Below, piece by piece: positions 60,501 through 64,000 of a stretch of 64,000 nt of DNA. Every line of letters starts with the position of its first letter. Position 1 is the stretch's first letter. Location of the stretch: contig NW_027271922.1 of the NCBI RefSeq assembly GCF_040938485.1, forward strand, positions 186,001 through 250,000, written 5' to 3'. The stretch comes from Diadema antillarum (lineage: Eukaryota). Both the position numbers and the translations under genes were made by a program. The notes below the pieces were generated by a model. That model was not told the DNA's origin. It searched no databases and saw nothing but the letters and a program-made list of their open reading frames with translations.

Positions 60501-62876
60501 TCATCGCATTGTGGTATTGATTTCATGACGTCTGTGTATATGAGCGTTTCTTTGTATTTTTTATTATTTCTTTGTTGGAAGTGAAATAAATCAACTTGAA
60601 CTTGAACTTGAAGAGCCTCCTCAACTCACGGTTCTTTTGCAGCAATTCATTGTATTAACAAAGACGTGCTGATTTTTCACAGGATTTTTCTTGATGTCCT
60701 TGCTTTTATAGTCCGTCTTCCTCCAGTTGTAGATGATTTCATATTCTTCAAAATTCTGCTATGTCCTCTTCCTCCTCTTTCAGCATCACGTGCAGTCTCT
60801 CTTTCTTCGCCTTTTGGGTAGCTGCTTCGCTGCTTTCTTCTCTTCTTTTTCTTCATCTCTTCTTCTTCTTCGAAAATTACAGCTAAAATTACTTCCCGTT
60901 CTTGTGCCGATGTTACTACGCTCAGAAAGTTACTTGTCATGCGTATACTGCCTATGCAGTTCATGGTCCAGGTGAAAGTTTTAATGTATATTTTTGCTTG
61001 TATGAATTTGGCACGAACACGAATTCATTTATGTATGGCTGAATTGCCCTCAAAACGTGGAGGAAATGCAAGCGATTATCATACTACAGATTATGCTTTA
61101 TAGCTCACCGTAACTTGATCATCATAACATTATCGAAAGGCGATGTATAAAACTAGCTTGCTATTTGCTGAAAATACCGATATTTTTTTTTTAATATACT
61201 TGGTATCCATGGATTTTTCGGCTGATATCAAACACGTGGGATGTTATTCTGAGAATTCTTGTTCTCGTTTCCGAACCGCTGATCTCTCTCGGAAGATCAG
61301 TGTTCCGAACTCTCACGGTAATGGTTGTCACCAATAGACCACTAGAGGGCATGCTTTCTTGCTGTACGATGGTGTGCGATTGAGTTTAGAATCACCTCTT
61401 CTCCACAATCTGTCCACACAACAGTGAAGGCAGGAATATTGCTATCTCTTTCCCCTCCCTCTCTTTCCCTCATCTTCCAACTTTCTCTCCCTCCCGCCCT
61501 TTCTATATTTCACTCTCTTTCTCTTTTTTTTTCTTCGTCGCTCTGGATTTTACTCTCTCAATAATTCTCGTGATTACTTGAATGCAATTGACGATTGGAT
61601 TGGGAGAAGAAATGGATAAAAGTATTGTGTTATACAATAATTAAAAAAACATCTTTGATTTCCATTGAATAAAGCAAACCCAATATCGTTGTTAAAAGCT
61701 ACATTTGCACCTTTCCAGGCTTGCCAAAGTCACAACCACATGGCTTAGCAGTCATCATTTACCAAGGCACTCCTGAGATTAATATAGGCCTACCTGCCGT
61801 ATGTCATGTAATTCTCCCAATGTCTTAGCTTAAACACGTTCAAAGCACTTATTGCCATACAGCACAAATTACAAGGTATACAGACTTACTGCGTAGCATG
61901 TAATGGGAGATTCGTTTCAAACACAAGGAATATATTCGTCGCATCATGATCATTATGTTATACATTGTAATATATTGCGTGGCAAAGTGTCGACAGTAGA
62001 ATTAACTATCAGTATTGTATTTCTGTTTTCAAGATACTTAATGACTTAGCACTGTACCACCTGAATGATCTTGACACAAAACGTCCTATATATTATGTCA
62101 TCCGTCATTTTACTCTAAATCCACTGTTCATCCCGAAGCCCAACATCGAATTTAAAAAAACGATCCTTTTCTTTCTTAGTGCCCAGTATTTACAACAAAC
62201 TCTCAACCCATATTCAAATGGCGACAACACTCACTTCTTTTAAGACCCAAATACAATCAATTAACTTCTCAGTGCAGATTTAATACAAATTCTGGCTTAT
62301 TCTTCTATAGTTTTGTGTACCGACTGAAGCCACAACTGTTGTGTGGCACGTTGATTACACTGTCTTGTTATGTAGAATCCTTGTTCTGTTATGAGTTTAG
62401 TTTGTTTCTGTTTGTTTGTTTGCTTTTCCTGTTTAGCTGTTATTGTGTTGACTTGGTATATTTTGGTTTTGTTGTAATATCTTTTTTTACACTGTGCAAA
62501 TAATTATTTCCAATATGTATTGTATATTTATGTTAACAGGGCTCTTTTTTAAAGCAGGCCTTTTGGCTCTGAAAAGACTACCCTGTTTTTGAATAAGACT
62601 GAATAAATGATAAGTAAATAAATAAACATATAATAATAAGTATAATTTGCCACTTTGGATGTGTAAGAACTCCACGGATATCTCAGCTTGTATCGTAAAC
62701 TGATTACATAAACGGCGTACAATATTCAGTATCTCATTGTATTGCCATGTGTGCATTTTTACTATGAGGTAGAAGGGATATCCATGTAATTACAGCCATT
62801 CAGGTTTGCTATTATTCACACCTAGGTTATCCATCCTGGCGTTCAACCTACTGTAAATTGTTTCAGTTACTTCCAT

Positions 62877-62916
<40 letters not shown>

Positions 62917-63724
62917 TGTGTGAGCATGAGTGTGTTCAAAAGTCAACGAGTCAGATATGATTATAATCCAGAGGATTGATCTGTTTAAAAATGACTGTAA
63001 TCATACCCATTCAAAATGTAATTTGCTGTCACGCGATAATTTCTATACTGCTATGCCAAGGTGGTTGGAGTACCGGATAGCTACATGGGAGAGGAGGTGT
63101 GTGCATTTGTTCAACTCAAGCCTGGGATGGAGACTACGGTAGAAGCCATCAAAGTCTTCTGTAAAGACAAGGTAATGTTTATCAATGTTTCAATTATAGA
63201 TACCCAGTAACGTGCCTTATAATTGCAGCTTTCCCTATTTTTATACAAAACGCATTACAATCTCGGGAATCCATTGCAGTGAGCTTGTTTCGGATCTGCG
63301 AAGTCAAGCAATTGCCACCGGCAAGCTTTCTGAATGCAAGGAACCATCTCGTAGATGGAAATATTCGCAAACTTACATAAGATTTCAGCCGAACCAATTT
63401 ATTGTAATATCTCGGCAAATCACACGTGTTTATCCAAGCCTTTTTAACCATGTTGTGCCTCATTGAAGGTGCAGTCATATCATTATACAACGGCCTAAGG
63501 TTTAATGAAAATCGCTAAGTTGTGTATTTTACCTTAATTTCGCTGAATAGGCCCCTACTTGCTCGAGAATACGTGATGTTCATGCTTTCTCATCCCACCA
63601 GATTTCACACTACAAAATCCCGCGATACATCCGCTTCGTCCGGGAGTACCCGATGACCGTGTCCGGAAAAATCCAGAAGTTCGTGCTGAGAGAGCAGTGG
63701 AAGGCCACAGCAGCGGAAGAGTGA
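45317..63724 (+). CDS. ACSF2: ACSF2-like medium-chain acyl-CoA synthetase; 11 recognised coding exons
   Basis: Exons 45317?-45544, 46562-46744, 47617-47735, 48162-48330, 50219-50314, 50884-51032, 53032-53200, 53989-54096, 55246-55397, 58879-59020, 63061-63171 and 63602-63724 (stop TGA). That is 12 blocks counting the uncertain-start first one. All have AG/GT boundaries and compatible phases. AMP-binding motifs [37 protein letters not shown]. Confidence 0.9.
46562..46744 (+). CDS. ACSF2: ACSF2-like exon VDRLALGL...[10 protein letters not shown]...HHIMTT
   Basis: 183 bp, phase 0/0, AG|...|GTAAAT. Confidence 0.93.
47617..47735 (+). CDS. ACSF2: ACSF2-like exon AGMKTLVS...[13 protein letters not shown]...LQSP
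   Basis: 119 bp, phase 0/2, CAG|...|GTAAGT. Confidence 0.88.
48162..48330 (+). CDS. ACSF2: ACSF2-like exon LPDLESVV...[12 protein letters not shown]
   Basis: 169 bp, phase 2/0, CAG|...|GTAAGT. Confidence 0.92.
50219..50314 (+). CDS. ACSF2: ACSF2-like exon [13 protein letters not shown]...RLDEI (P-loop)
   Basis: 96 bp, phase 0/0, TAG|...|GTGAGT. Confidence 0.93.
50884..51032 (+). CDS. ACSF2: ACSF2-like exon [15 protein letters not shown]...KAINDE
   Basis: 149 bp, phase 0/2, TAG|...|GTATCA. Confidence 0.88.
53032..53200 (+). CDS. ACSF2: ACSF2-like exon [11 protein letters not shown]...GQEELV
   Basis: 169 bp, phase 2/0, CAG|...|GTTAGT. Confidence 0.92.
53473..53930. mobile_element. Intronic element with inverted ends and tandem CCCACGAG/CTCGTGG subrepeats
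   Basis: CCACGAGCTCGACACCCAC at left, GTGGGTTTCGAGCTCGTGG at right; 15-16-bp units CCCACGAGTCATACA(G/C) internally. Confidence 0.6.
53989..54096 (+). CDS. ACSF2: ACSF2-like exon [10 protein letters not shown]...VGKVLPHLE
   Basis: 108 bp, phase 0/0, CAG|...|GTAATA. Confidence 0.93.
54493..55020. repeat. Intronic tandem duplication (~226-bp unit and a ~300-bp unit with an internal duplication)
   Basis: CAATGTTAAACTTAGGGCTACCAAACATG at ~54493 and ~54719; GCAAAATGTGTTTTATTCAGCG...GCATCAGA at ~54650 and ~54954. Confidence 0.8.
55246..55397 (+). CDS. ACSF2: ACSF2-like exon VKIISPET...GEVCVRGY...WYHTG
   Basis: 152 bp, phase 0/2, CAG|...|GTAAGC. Confidence 0.94.
55815..56340. mobile_element. Interspersed repeat(s) with CAGGCCCGTAGCCAGG ends, poly-G and GCGCGCG(A/T)AGCGCGC motifs; the reverse end CCTGGCTACGGGCCTG occurs at ~58380
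   Basis: Read directly; spans a gap, family not identified. Confidence 0.5.
56357..56669. mobile_element. MITE with imperfect inverted ends
   Basis: AAAAGGTGGACACCATGCTC ... GAGTATGGTCACGGTGTCCACCTTTC. Confidence 0.55.
57175..57620. repeat. ~100-bp direct repeat pair about 347 bp apart
   Basis: CTGCAAAGA.ATCC.CTACCT.TAAGTTAGAA...AAAAAGAATGAGTTTCT twice. Confidence 0.75.
58879..59020 (+). CDS. ACSF2: ACSF2-like exon [25 protein letters not shown]...REVQ
   Basis: 142 bp, phase 2/0, TAG|...|GTGAGA. Confidence 0.94.
59554..59930 (+). mobile_element. Probable truncated Harbinger-like DNA element, CpG-rich with recurrent ACGAT/ACGCT motifs
   Basis: TAA|GCCCCCGTTCCACTA start; no matching right end seen. 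Confidence 0.4.
62880..62921. repeat. (GT)n microsatellite
   Basis: direct reading. Confidence 0.9.
63061..63171 (+). CDS. ACSF2: ACSF2-like exon [17 protein letters not shown]...FCKDK
   Basis: 111 bp, phase 0/0, AAG|...|GTAATG. Confidence 0.93.
63602..63724 (+). CDS. ACSF2: ACSF2-like terminal exon [10 protein letters not shown]...[13 protein letters not shown]...*
   Basis: 123 bp including TGA, after a CAG acceptor. Confidence 0.94.
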   Translation: MSHYKIPRYIRFVREYPMTVSGKIQKFVLREQWKATAAEE

Positions 63725-64000
63725 CGTTTCTTGGAAGAATGATTCAAGATGGCTGCCGCTCCCTTGATAACTTATTTTGTAATGATTAGAAACGGCATCG
63801 AACTTTATCTAATCATGGTTATGACCAACAAACGCAAGTTTCATTCGATTTAACTGATCCCTGTTTCATAAAGCTGTTCGTAAAGTTAAGCATGATTTTA
63901 CGAACGACCGGTATATGAAGTGTCAACATGTGTGGCCATTTTTCCCTTACGTTTGCAACAAAGAAAGACTTCATATCAGTACTCCATCTACACTTTGGGG

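Noticed and set aside
60677-60964. Lys/Glu/Arg-rich minus-strand ORF
   Set aside because: Purine-rich low-complexity tract with stops in the most protein-like frame; possibly a decayed transposon ORF but unassignable.
1-64000. tRNA, rRNA or snRNA genes
   Set aside because: None recognised by eye; a tRNAscan-SE/Infernal run would be needed to exclude them.

Overview
AT-rich, repeat-rich eukaryotic DNA, most likely a sea urchin or related marine invertebrate (inferred from gene content and repeat style). Eight N-gaps lie at about 3432-3565, 6862-6991, 9663-9899, 21463-21622, 51056-51191, 51634-51858, 55871-56005 and 58665-58843. The left 37 kb holds a tandem array of four minus-strand, single-coding-exon lengsin-like class I glutamine-synthetase-family genes. 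They keep the metal/ATP ligands that vertebrate lengsin lost but lack the ammonia-site D50/N264/E327 residues, as gamma-glutamyl-amine ligases do. Copies 2-4 show patchwork gene conversion, and copy 3 has lost one metal-binding Glu. Between copies 1 and 2 sit two abutting, degenerate Crypton-type tyrosine-recombinase elements; the larger has hairpin-structured ends. The right 19-23 kb holds a plus-strand, multi-exon ACSF2-like acyl-CoA synthetase; 11 coding exons were reconstructed by eye with consistent splice phases. The window also has a 1.1-kb foldback element, a Tc1 remnant, several MITEs, retroposon tails and microsatellites. No rRNA, tRNA or CRISPR array was recognised. All alignments were done by eye and no searches were run.
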